Notes under the pieces: generated by a model
What the model was told of the DNA's origin: nothing
What the model saw: the letters and a program-made list of their open reading frames with translations, nothing else
The model's database searches: none
Origin: Deltaproteobacteria bacterium
Lineage (GTDB): Bacteria > Bacillota > Desulfotomaculia > Desulfotomaculales > JAGUVT01
Reading direction: 5' to 3'
DNA: 62,782 nt
Assembly (NCBI GenBank): GCA_020062745.1
Contig: JAGUVT010000016.1
Coordinates: 1 to 62,782 of the forward strand
Part shown: one piece after another, positions 55,153 through 62,782 of the stretch
How positions within the stretch are numbered: position 1 is the stretch's first letter
Layout of the letters: the number at the start of each line of letters is the position of its first letter
Made by a program: the position numbers and the translations under genes

Positions 55153-55911
55153 ATGAGGTTTAAGGGGAAAGTAGCTATTGTTACCGGTTCGGCCGGCGCC
55201 GGGATCGGTCAAGCCTGTGCCCGGTCTTTTGCGAAGGAGGGGGCCGGCGTGGTTATAGCCGACCCGAACTCCAAGAGAACGTTTCAGGTGGCCGAGGCGA
55301 TTAAGAAAGACTATGGGGTGGAGACATTAGGTGTGGTCTGCGATGCGAGCAACAAAGAGCAGGTCGAAGAGATGGTCAAAAAAACAGTTGAAAAATTCGG
55401 CCGGGTCGACATTCTGGTCAATAACGCCGGCCGGGAACTCCTGGCCCAATGCGTGGATATGACCGATGAGCAGTGGAATGTGGTAATTGGCGTCTGTCTT
55501 TACGGCACCTTTTTCTGTACCAGGGCGGTCCTGCCTTATATGATCAAGCAGAATTACGGGCGGCTGGTGCACATTTCTTCCGTGGCCGGGTTTGTCGGAA
55601 TGGATGACGGGGAGAGCCATTATTGTGCGGCAAAGGCGGCTATCATGGGATTCTCACGGGCGGTTGCGGCGGAAACGGCAAAGTACAATATTACCTCTAA
55701 TGTAATAGCTCCGGGGCTGATCATGAATGAGTTTTTAAAACGGATTTACCCTCCGGAAGTGCTGCAGAAGTGGCATACCATGATTCCGAAAGGAAGGCCG
55801 GGAAAACCGGAGGACATAGCCAACGCGGTTTTGTTTTTTGCTGCTGAGGAATCGGAATATATCACCGGCGACATACTTACTGTGGCCGGTGGTTTTTACA
55901 TGCACCAGTAG
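55153..55911 (+). CDS. Short-chain dehydrogenase/reductase, second paralog
   Basis: TGSAGAGIGQA, NNAG, catalytic YCAAK. Confidence 0.9.
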   Translation: MRFKGKVAIVTGSAGAGIGQACARSFAKEGAGVVIADPNSKRTFQVAEAIKKDYGVETLGVVCDASNKEQVEEMVKKTVEKFGRVDILVNNAGRELLAQCVDMTDEQWNVVIGVCLYGTFFCTRAVLPYMIKQNYGRLVHISSVAGFVGMDDGESHYCAAKAAIMGFSRAVAAETAKYNITSNVIAPGLIMNEFLKRIYPPEVLQKWHTMIPKGRPGKPEDIANAVLFFAAEESEYITGDILTVAGGFYMHQ

Positions 55912-55949
55912 ATACTGCTGAGAGTTAAAGAAACGGGGGTTTAAGTTAT

Positions 55950-57059
55950 ATGGATCAACAAAAGGCAGAAAAATTGCTGGCTGATGCCAGTGAAGCGCTA
56001 AAGGCCGGGTATTACGATGAGTCTTACCGCCTTTTTAAAGAAGCGCTGGCAATATATAAAAACCTTGGTGATGAGCAGAAAGCTGGTCAGTGTGAATTGG
56101 AAGCGGAAGAAGTGAAAAGTAAAAGCGCAGGATGCGCTCCACTGCCGGCGGTGGATTACCATGCGCATCCTGTTTTCCGTTCAACCTTGAAAAAAGACCC
56201 GCCTCTTTACATGGCGGCGCGGCATTTTCGTTTGAAAGACGAAGTGGTGCCTGAGAACATCGCTGACATGGTCCGGCATATGGATGAAGGCAACGTAGAA
56301 AAAGCGGTGATCATGGCGCTGGACACCACGGCGTCTGATCACTGGGCTTTTCAGGGCCAGTTTTTAACCAACGATGGTGTGGCTGAAATAGTAAAAACGT
56401 ATCCGGACCGGTTTATCGGTTACGGCGCAGTAGATCCCAGGCGGCCGGACGCAGTGGAAGAAGTCGAGCGCTGTATTAAAGAGCTGAAATTTAAAGGGAT
56501 GAAATTTCATCCCGGGGCAGTGAGGCTGTACCCTAACGACGAGAAGTATTTTTACCCGATCTATGAAAAATGTGTAGAACTGGGGGTTCCCGTGCAGAGC
56601 CACTGCGGTACCACCGGTCTTTATTTTACCAAAATCAAGTATACCATGCCGCTGGGTTATGATGACGTGGCGGTGGATTTCCCCACCTTGAAACTGGTGC
56701 TTTTGCATTTTGGTATTGGCGGGTGGCATGATCAGGCGATGTCGGTGGCCTTCCGGCACCCCAATGTTTACATTGATATATCCGGCGCTTCGCCGCGGAT
56801 CATTCCGCAAAGTATAATTCTGGCGGCCAACACGCCTTTTTATCAGGACAAGATCATCTTTGGGACGGACTATCCTTTTGTGGGCATGGCCCAGTGGTTT
56901 TCTACTTTTAACAAAGTGCTCAAAGATGTCTGGACGCCTGAAACCAAACGGAAAGTGCTCCGGGAGAATGCTCTCGGCCTGCATGAGAAGCCGCCGGTGT
57001 CGCCGCTGGACATCCTGCGTAAAGAAGGTATTGATGTGCCGCCGGAGGCTAAAAGGTAG
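55950..57059 (+). CDS. Amidohydrolase_2 (ACMSD/LigW/LigI-type metal-dependent hydrolase/decarboxylase) with a ~70-aa TPR-like N-terminal extension
   Basis: VDYHAHP, KFHPG, QSHCG, HFGIGGW, FGTDYPF. The N-terminus is AGYYDESYRLFKEALAIYKNLGDEQKAG. Confidence 0.8.
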   Translation: MDQQKAEKLLADASEALKAGYYDESYRLFKEALAIYKNLGDEQKAGQCELEAEEVKSKSAGCAPLPAVDYHAHPVFRSTLKKDPPLYMAARHFRLKDEVVPENIADMVRHMDEGNVEKAVIMALDTTASDHWAFQGQFLTNDGVAEIVKTYPDRFIGYGAVDPRRPDAVEEVERCIKELKFKGMKFHPGAVRLYPNDEKYFYPIYEKCVELGVPVQSHCGTTGLYFTKIKYTMPLGYDDVAVDFPTLKLVLLHFGIGGWHDQAMSVAFRHPNVYIDISGASPRIIPQSIILAANTPFYQDKIIFGTDYPFVGMAQWFSTFNKVLKDVWTPETKRKVLRENALGLHEKPPVSPLDILRKEGIDVPPEAKR

Positions 57060-57067
57060 ACAGACGT

Positions 57068-57196
57068 ACAGCTGACGCGGCGATAGCAATGAGTAAAACA
57101 TATTGCCTCCCTGGTGTTATTGTGGGGGCAAAGCCAAAAAGCAATCTTGAACTGATAGCTTATATGGGGTCGCTTCGCCTTAAGGCTCGCAATGAC
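57068..57196. repeat. Intergenic repeat locus L13 (modules B-like, inner A, right terminus of A) inside the catabolic cluster
   Basis: AGCTGACGCGGCGATAGC, AAAAGCAATCTTGAACTGATAGCTTAT, CGCTTCGCCTTAAGGCTCGCAATGAC. Confidence 0.75.
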
Positions 57197-57248
57197 AAGA
57201 AAAAAGGTTTTTGAAGGCAACGCACTTAAGATATTGAGGGGGAAGCTT

Positions 57249-58400
57249 ATGGACTTTGAACTTACTGACGAGCAAAAGATGCTTAAAAGCAACGTGCGCC
57301 GGTTTTTAGAAAAAGAGGTTCAGCCCCTGGTCGACCAGTACGAGCGTTCCGCGACGCCTGTATCGAGGGATATAGTCAAGAGGCTTTTGCCGTTTGGTTA
57401 TATCGGCGGCATGCTGCCGGAAGAAGCCGGCGGTTATGGTATGGACTATACCACTTATTTTTTATTAATCGAGGAACTTTCCCGGACATGGCCTTCCTTA
57501 CGGGCGGCCGTCGGAATTACCAATCACATGTTAACGTATATTTACGAGTACGGAACCGGGGAACAGCGGGAGAAATTTGTCGGGCCGCTGGTAAGGGCCG
57601 ACAAGATGGGATTTTTTGCCCTTACCGAGCCTAACGTAGGGTCGGATGCTTCTGCCGTGGAGACGACTGCTGTGCAGCAGGGCGACGAGTGGATTTTGAA
57701 TGGCACGAAAATGTTTATTACCAACGGGCAGGACGGTGAAACCGGCATTGTTATCGCCCAAACCGACAAGGCTAAAGGAAGTAAGGGCATAACCGCTTTT
57801 ATCGTGGAAAAAGGCAAAACCAGCTATAAAACCAGGCCGATTGAAAAAATCGGGATGCATTGTTGCCCCACAGTGGAAATGGTCTTTGAAGACGCACGGG
57901 TACCGGCGGAAAATATACTTGGGGGGATCGGTAATGGTTTAAAGTTGGGGCTAAAGTTTTTAAACAGTGCCCGGGCCATGGTGGCTTTTATCAGTGCCGG
58001 GGTGGCGCAGGGTTGTGTCGATGCGGCTGTCAAATATGCCAAGGAACGAATCCAGTTTGGTAAGCCGATTGGCAGTTTTCAACTGATCCAGAGTAAAATT
58101 GCTGAAATGCTCACCCTGACATCTGCCATGCGCCTTTTAGGTTTGCAGGCTTCTTACCTGTTGGATAAAGGGAGACCCTGCCAGGTAGAAGCGTCTATGG
58201 CCAAGCTTTTTTCTACCGATGCTGTGCTCAAAGTAGCTGAAATGGCTATTCAGATTCACGGCGGGTACGGGTGCAGCATGGAGTTTCCGGTAGAGCGTTA
58301 TTATCGTGACATGAGACATTTTACCATTGCTGAAGGAACCAATGAAATCCAGCGCCTGATTATCGGGCGGGAGGTGTTGGGTATTCCGGCATTCAAATAG
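57249..58400 (+). CDS. Acyl-CoA dehydrogenase
   Basis: MDFELTDEQKML start, FALTEPNVGSDAS, QIHGGYG, catalytic-base context AEGTNEIQRL. The listed 57192 start reads out of the repeat. Confidence 0.93.
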   Translation: MDFELTDEQKMLKSNVRRFLEKEVQPLVDQYERSATPVSRDIVKRLLPFGYIGGMLPEEAGGYGMDYTTYFLLIEELSRTWPSLRAAVGITNHMLTYIYEYGTGEQREKFVGPLVRADKMGFFALTEPNVGSDASAVETTAVQQGDEWILNGTKMFITNGQDGETGIVIAQTDKAKGSKGITAFIVEKGKTSYKTRPIEKIGMHCCPTVEMVFEDARVPAENILGGIGNGLKLGLKFLNSARAMVAFISAGVAQGCVDAAVKYAKERIQFGKPIGSFQLIQSKIAEMLTLTSAMRLLGLQASYLLDKGRPCQVEASMAKLFSTDAVLKVAEMAIQIHGGYGCSMEFPVERYYRDMRHFTIAEGTNEIQRLIIGREVLGIPAFK

Positions 58401-58420
58401 GGTTTTAAGGGGGGAAGTTT

Positions 58421-59566
58421 ATGCTGCCGTTTGAAGGAGTACGTGTAGTCGATCTTACTGCGTTGCTGCCCGGCCCCTTTTGTTCGATGATTTTATGCGA
58501 CCTGGGCGCCGAGGTGATTAAAATTGAGAGGCCTGCCGGGGGGGACCCCGGAAGGGCGATGATCCCGGCGCTTTTTTCCGCCGTTAATCGTGGGAAGAAA
58601 AGCCTTACCTTAAATTTGAAGGATGAAAAGGGTAGAAAGGCGCTCGAAAAACTGGTTGAAAAAGGTGACGTTTTTCTGGAGGGGTTCCGGCCCGGCGCCG
58701 TCGACAGGCTGGGCTTCGGCTATAATAAAGTTAAAGAGATGAACCCGCGCCTGGTTTACTGCTCCATTTCCGGCTACGGGCAGAACGGGCCTTACCGGGA
58801 TCTGCCGGGGCATGACGTCAACTACCTGGGAGTGGCCGGCACACTATATTTCAGCGGCGAACCGCAGGGGCCCCCAGCGGCTTCCGGCGGGGTTCAGATA
58901 GCTGATTTGTGCTCTTCTATGTATGCCGCCGTGGCTGTAATGGCCTCCCTGCGGCAGAGGGACAAAACCGGTATGGGTGATTATCTGGACGTATCCATGA
59001 CCGAATGCGCTCTGGCCTGGGCGGGGCCGCGTATTGCCGAGTTTTACGGCCTGAATTGCCCGCCCAAAGAAAAATACATGGGGCGCGGTGCTTACGGGGT
59101 TTATGAAGCCAGGGATGGAAAGTATTTTACCCTGGGTTGTGTGGAGGAGCACTTTTGGCAGAGCCTCTGTCGTTTGCTGGGTCTCGAAGAGATGGCTAAA
59201 AGTGAAAAATACGGCAGTTGGCTGCGCCGTAACGCGCTGGCGGATGAAATCGATCCGGTATTAAAAGAGATATTTTTACAAAAAGACCGGGATGAATGGC
59301 TGGATTTAATGAACAAGGCAGATATTCCGTGCGGGCCGGTTAATGCTCCCCAGGAATTGTCAAACGATCCCCATCTGGCCGCCAGGGGTGTGATCAGCCA
59401 GGCGGAGGAACACCCGTTGATTGCCTTTCCGGTAAAATTTGACCGCCTGCAAATGAAGCCGAAGGGACCGTTGCCGAAACTGGGAGAGCATACGGAAGAA
59501 ATCCTGACCGGTCTTGGTTACGGGCCGGATGAAATCGCCAGAATGAGAACCGCCGGCGTTATTTAA
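58421..59566 (+). CDS. Family III CoA-transferase (CaiB/BaiF/Frc type)
   Basis: GVRVVDLTALLPGPFCSMILCDLGAEVIKIE, GFRPG, SISGYGQNGPY, HDVNY. Confidence 0.93.
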   Translation: MLPFEGVRVVDLTALLPGPFCSMILCDLGAEVIKIERPAGGDPGRAMIPALFSAVNRGKKSLTLNLKDEKGRKALEKLVEKGDVFLEGFRPGAVDRLGFGYNKVKEMNPRLVYCSISGYGQNGPYRDLPGHDVNYLGVAGTLYFSGEPQGPPAASGGVQIADLCSSMYAAVAVMASLRQRDKTGMGDYLDVSMTECALAWAGPRIAEFYGLNCPPKEKYMGRGAYGVYEARDGKYFTLGCVEEHFWQSLCRLLGLEEMAKSEKYGSWLRRNALADEIDPVLKEIFLQKDRDEWLDLMNKADIPCGPVNAPQELSNDPHLAARGVISQAEEHPLIAFPVKFDRLQMKPKGPLPKLGEHTEEILTGLGYGPDEIARMRTAGVI

Positions 59567-60428
59567 TGAGCGTAAAGTTTCTATTATTTTGATCCGGGTC
59601 GGTTGGCCCGGATTTTTCTTCTGCTCCCGGCCCGGGTTTTTCTTGCTCTTTGCCGTTTTTTGCCTGTTTTTCTTCTGTCCCCTTTTCTTTTAGTCTCCCC
59701 TTTACTTTCTCCAGGCGCTTATTGATCTTGTCATTAATATTCCTGGCGTTCTGGACGGCGATATTCCGCCAGCGGCTGCCGGCTTCATTGATGCTTTTTA
59801 CAAAATCTTGTAAACCGCTGTCGAGTTTAGCAATGTTTTCTATAGCTTCATTAGTGGTAATTATCGCTTCCCTGCCGATGGTCCGGACATGATTGATGTC
59901 CAGCAAAGCCCGGCCTTTAAGGGTACTGTTGATAAAACTGCCCGAAATTTCCAGGCCGGTAATATTGCCGGTAAGCGGATCCAGCCGGTATTCATCGGCA
60001 AAGCCCAGAAAGGTACCGTTTTCAGCTACAATTCTGGCACCGATGATGCTCGCCTTTTCTTTTACCAGTTTGATAATATCGGGCAGGTTCGGGCTTCTTT
60101 CCAAACCATTGGATTTTTCAATGGTAATGGCGTCATTACCGATGCTGTGGATCTTTTGGAAAGGTATGAACTTCTGTTCTTTAAACCAACCTTTTTGCTC
60201 AATGATCAGGGCGGCCAATGTTTTCCGGACTGGATCGACAACCAGACCCCGCACGGAACCCACCTGCAAGCCCTCCGCCAGGCTGATCAGCGGCAATGAT
60301 ATAAGCTGTTTGCTTTTCCGCACTGGTTTCGCCTCCTTCAGGTCGAGACTTATCTTTTTTGATGGAAATAGCTTTTGGTAATAATATGCTCCGGAAAGAA
60401 TGGTTATGACAAAAAAAGGAATAAACAA
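59559..60428 (-). CDS. Membrane-anchored protein with two PRC-barrel domains and a Lys/Glu-rich tail
   Basis: SLAEGLQVGSVRGLVVDP and IIGARIVAENGTFLGFADEYRLDP are PRC-barrel-like. The start is uncertain: TTG 60428 after GGAAAGAG is preferred, because the listed ATG 60689 would overlap pth by ~190 nt. Confidence 0.6.
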   Translation of the reverse strand: MFIPFFVITILSGAYYYQKLFPSKKISLDLKEAKPVRKSKQLISLPLISLAEGLQVGSVRGLVVDPVRKTLAALIIEQKGWFKEQKFIPFQKIHSIGNDAITIEKSNGLERSPNLPDIIKLVKEKASIIGARIVAENGTFLGFADEYRLDPLTGNITGLEISGSFINSTLKGRALLDINHVRTIGREAIITTNEAIENIAKLDSGLQDFVKSINEAGSRWRNIAVQNARNINDKINKRLEKVKGRLKEKGTEEKQAKNGKEQEKPGPGAEEKSGPTDPDQNNRNFTLIK

Positions 60429-60497
60429 TAAAAACTCTTTCCACTTTTGCTTTATCCGGGTTACAATGTTGAGGATGGAAAAGCAGAGGTGGCGAGT

Positions 60498-61085
60498 ATG
60501 AAATTGCTTGTCGGCCTGGGCAACCCGGGCCGGGAATATGTCGGCACCAGGCACAATATGGGATTTATGGTTATTGACCGGCTGGCGTCGATTTTGGAGG
60601 CGCCGGTAAAAAAGCGGCTTTTTCGGGCTTTGACCGGCCGGGGAGAGTTGGCCGGGGAAGAAATAATCCTGGCCAAACCGCAGACCCATATGAACTTGAG
60701 CGGGGAAGCGGTAGGGGCCCTGTTAAACTGGTACAAGCCGGGTTTTTCCAACCTCCTGGTTATATATGACGACCTGGACTTGCCGGCGGGACGCCTGCGG
60801 TTGCGTCCGCGGGGAGGAGCGGGTGGTCACAAAGGGATGCAGTCGATAATTCAGGCTCTGGGCACGGATGTTTTTCCCCGCCTGAGGGTGGGTATCGGCA
60901 GGCCGCAGGAGCCCTGTGCCGGAGCAGATTTTGTGCTGAAGCGGTTTGCCCCGGAGGAGACTGAAAAATTTGCCGGCATTGTAGAGGTTGCTGCCGAAGC
61001 TGTCCGGTGTTTCATATGTGAGGGGTTGGAACAGGCGATGAACCGGTATAACCGGTATAATAATTCAGATAATGTATATATTTAG
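60498..61085 (+). CDS. pth: Peptidyl-tRNA hydrolase
   Basis: MKLLVGLGNPGREYVGTRHNMGF, YDDLDLP, GGHKGM. Confidence 0.96.
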   Translation: MKLLVGLGNPGREYVGTRHNMGFMVIDRLASILEAPVKKRLFRALTGRGELAGEEIILAKPQTHMNLSGEAVGALLNWYKPGFSNLLVIYDDLDLPAGRLRLRPRGGAGGHKGMQSIIQALGTDVFPRLRVGIGRPQEPCAGADFVLKRFAPEETEKFAGIVEVAAEAVRCFICEGLEQAMNRYNRYNNSDNVYI

Positions 61086-61155
61086 TGGTTCTGCAGTAAG
61101 ATAAAGGATAAAGGTTTTAGTAATGTTTTAAGTAATAGGAGCAATATTATTATTG

Positions 61156-61383
61156 ATGAAAGTCTACTATATTTGTGAATGCTGTGAAGCTTTAGTGAAG
61201 GAAGTCGAAGTTTCTTCCCTGGGAACAAGTGATCCGGTTGACGGCTTGACCGGGCAGGAATGCTGCGCTAGAATAGAAGATACCGATTTCAACGGGGTTT
61301 TTTTAGTTACTCTTTGTGATGACTGTAGAGAATCCCTGCAGGGGAGAAGCGAGTCTTTTTACTACGGATTGCTGTTAAATTAG
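61156..61383 (+). CDS. fin: Anti-sigma-F factor Fin (YabK)
   Basis: YYICECC...LCDDCRESL is collinear with Bacillus Fin (YYCRHCG...ICEDCQEAL). Syntenic between pth and mfd. Confidence 0.85.
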   Translation: MKVYYICECCEALVKEVEVSSLGTSDPVDGLTGQECCARIEDTDFNGVFLVTLCDDCRESLQGRSESFYYGLLLN

Positions 61384-61417
61384 TGACGGCTTAAGTAGTG
61401 TGTGCTGCAGGCAACCG

Positions 61418-61460
61418 AAGCAATCTCAATGCTGACGGCTGAAAGATTGCTGCGTTCCCG
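61418..61460. repeat. Intergenic repeat locus L14 (inner module A palindrome plus module B core)
   Basis: CGAAGCAATCTCAATGCTGACGGCTGAAAGATTGCTGCG. Confidence 0.7.
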
Positions 61461-61633
61461 GCGCTTTTAGTCCCGGTCAATAGCGAAGGGGTTGCTTTAA
61501 ATAATGAAACCTGGTTTTTCGACGGGCTTGTAAGTAAGGCTTTTGTGGTAAAAGGGCTTTAGCCTGGTTTGGCTTAAAGCTCTTTTTGGCATGTATTTAA
61601 GCCGCTAAATTTATTAATGGGGTTTTTAGTTTA

Positions 61634-62782
61634 ATGCGCGGTTTGCTCAAGCCACTGGAGGCTGCCCCGGAGTTCGGCAGCCTGGTGCAGGGGTTGGCGA
61701 AAAAATTTAAACAGCAGATGGTTTTTGGCTTGTCCGGATCCCAGCGTAGTTACCTGATAGCCGGGCTGGCAGCAAAAGTTAAGAGTCCGGTGCTGATTGT
61801 CACCACCGGCGAGCAGGAGGCTTTAGCCCTGGATGAAGATTTAAAAAGTCTTTTACCGGGCATGACGGTATGCCATTTTCCGGTGCTGCAACTGCAGCCT
61901 TACCATGTTCTGGCCAGAAGCAGGGAAGTAGCGGCGCAGCGGCTGCAGGTGATGGAGAAGCTTTGCCGGGGAGAGCAAATAGTGGTGATTGCGCCGGTGG
62001 AAGCTTTGTTGCGGCGCCTGGTTCCCCCGGCGGAATTCCGGAAAGCAGCTTTTTGCCTGTCAATCGGTGAGCGGGTAGAACCGGCCTTGATTTGCCGGAA
62101 ATTATTGGATCAGGGGTACGAGCGGGTGGAACTGGTGGAGAACCGGGGCCAGTTTGCCGTGCGGGGCGGGCTCCTTGATTTGTTTCCAATGACTGCCCAT
62201 CTTCCTGTACGCCTGGAGTTTTTTGATGATGAAATCGACTCCATGCGTTTTTTCGAGGCAACTAACCAGCGCTCGGTTGAGCGGCTGGAGCGGATAGAAG
62301 TTTTTCCGGCTCGGGAGATGGTAGTTGGCGACCGGGTCTGGGAAACTGCCCGTGTGGCGTTGACGGCGGAATATGAAAGCCAGTTACGCCGGTTGAAGCG
62401 GGCCGGCAACGTTGAGGGGATGCAGCAACTGACTGCCTGGGTGGCAGAAATCCTGGAGAACAGGGGTGAAATAGAACAATACCTGCCGTATTTTTACCGC
62501 GAGGTCGTTTCTTTGTTGGATTACCTGCCGGCAGGGGCGCCGGTACTGGTAGATGAACCGGGGCGGGCCTGGGAAGTGGTAGAAGCCATCCAGCGGGAAA
62601 GGGCGGAAACCTATTCCGAGCTGCTGATCAAAGGGCAGGTATTGCCTTCCCAGTTTCAAGGCTGTATGGATCTGCAACAATTGCAGAAAGCTTTTGCCGG
62701 TTGTCTAGTTGTTTATTGTTCCCTTTTGCCCCGCACCCCTCGCTATCTGGAACCGGAAAAGGTGGTAAGTTTCCCCGCCAAA
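61634..62782 (+). CDS. mfd: Transcription-repair coupling factor, N-terminal part (runs off the window)
   Basis: Open frame from ATG 61634 to the window end. UvrB-homology region: GLSGSQRSYLIAGL, VENRGQFAVRGGLLDLFP, RLEFFDDEIDSMRFF. Confidence 0.93.
   Translation, partial: MRGLLKPLEAAPEFGSLVQGLAKKFKQQMVFGLSGSQRSYLIAGLAAKVKSPVLIVTTGEQEALALDEDLKSLLPGMTVCHFPVLQLQPYHVLARSREVAAQRLQVMEKLCRGEQIVVIAPVEALLRRLVPPAEFRKAAFCLSIGERVEPALICRKLLDQGYERVELVENRGQFAVRGGLLDLFPMTAHLPVRLEFFDDEIDSMRFFEATNQRSVERLERIEVFPAREMVVGDRVWETARVALTAEYESQLRRLKRAGNVEGMQQLTAWVAEILENRGEIEQYLPYFYREVVSLLDYLPAGAPVLVDEPGRAWEVVEAIQRERAETYSELLIKGQVLPSQFQGCMDLQQLQKAFAGCLVVYCSLLPRTPRYLEPEKVVSFPAK

Noticed and set aside
56364-57101. 245-aa minus-strand ORF antisense to the amidohydrolase gene
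   Set aside because: The plus-strand gene has clear Amidohydrolase_2 motifs. The antisense product has none and is Arg/His-rich.
61800-62680. Several minus-strand ORFs (61800-62261, 62110-62409, 62384-62680)
   Set aside because: They are antisense to the clearly recognisable mfd reading frame, which is open from 61634 to the window end.

Overview
This is an origin-proximal chromosomal segment of a spore-forming Clostridia-class Firmicute. The protein sequences and the abundance of stalk-domain surface proteins look Peptococcaceae/Desulfotomaculum-like, but that taxon call is inference only. The backbone follows the Bacillus-type order, almost all on the + strand: tRNA-Ser, SRP RNA (scr/ffs), dnaX, ybaB, recR, bofA, csfB(gin), Orn/Lys/Arg decarboxylase (yaaO-like), tmk, holB, ricT(yaaT), rsmI, abrB(-), metG, tatD, yabE-like, rsmA(ksgA), yabG, ispE, spoVG, glmU, prs, pth, fin, mfd (partial at the 3' end). 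Four blocks are absent from that canonical order. (1) 1-8.2 kb is an accessory region: three decayed Rpn-type nuclease gene fragments, a LuxR regulator, secreted stalk-domain proteins (one C1 peptidase is frameshifted) and an ECF sigma/anti-sigma pair. (2) About 26-42.7 kb, between yabG and ispE, is an envelope- and spore-related block. It holds a beta-propeller protein, a divergent pair of DUF5132-like membrane proteins, NfeD-stomatin, a radical SAM plus S1 protease cassette, a CAP-domain protein, a SipL-like SPOCS/LysM protein with a partner, small paralogous proteins, a DUF606 transporter, a ZIP transporter and an L,D-transpeptidase. (3) 43.8-49 kb carries GntR, a nucleotidyltransferase, a GNAT-like protein, an orphan PAS kinase and ilvA. 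(4) 51.9-59.6 kb is a 7-gene acyl-CoA catabolic island inserted between prs and pth. The most striking non-genic signal is a modular family of short palindromic intergenic repeats (termini GTCATTGCGAG/CTCGCAATGAC plus partner modules) at 14 or more intergenic loci. I saw no CRISPR array, rRNA, intact transposase or integrase. All calls come from reading the sequence and ORF translations by eye; no searches were run.
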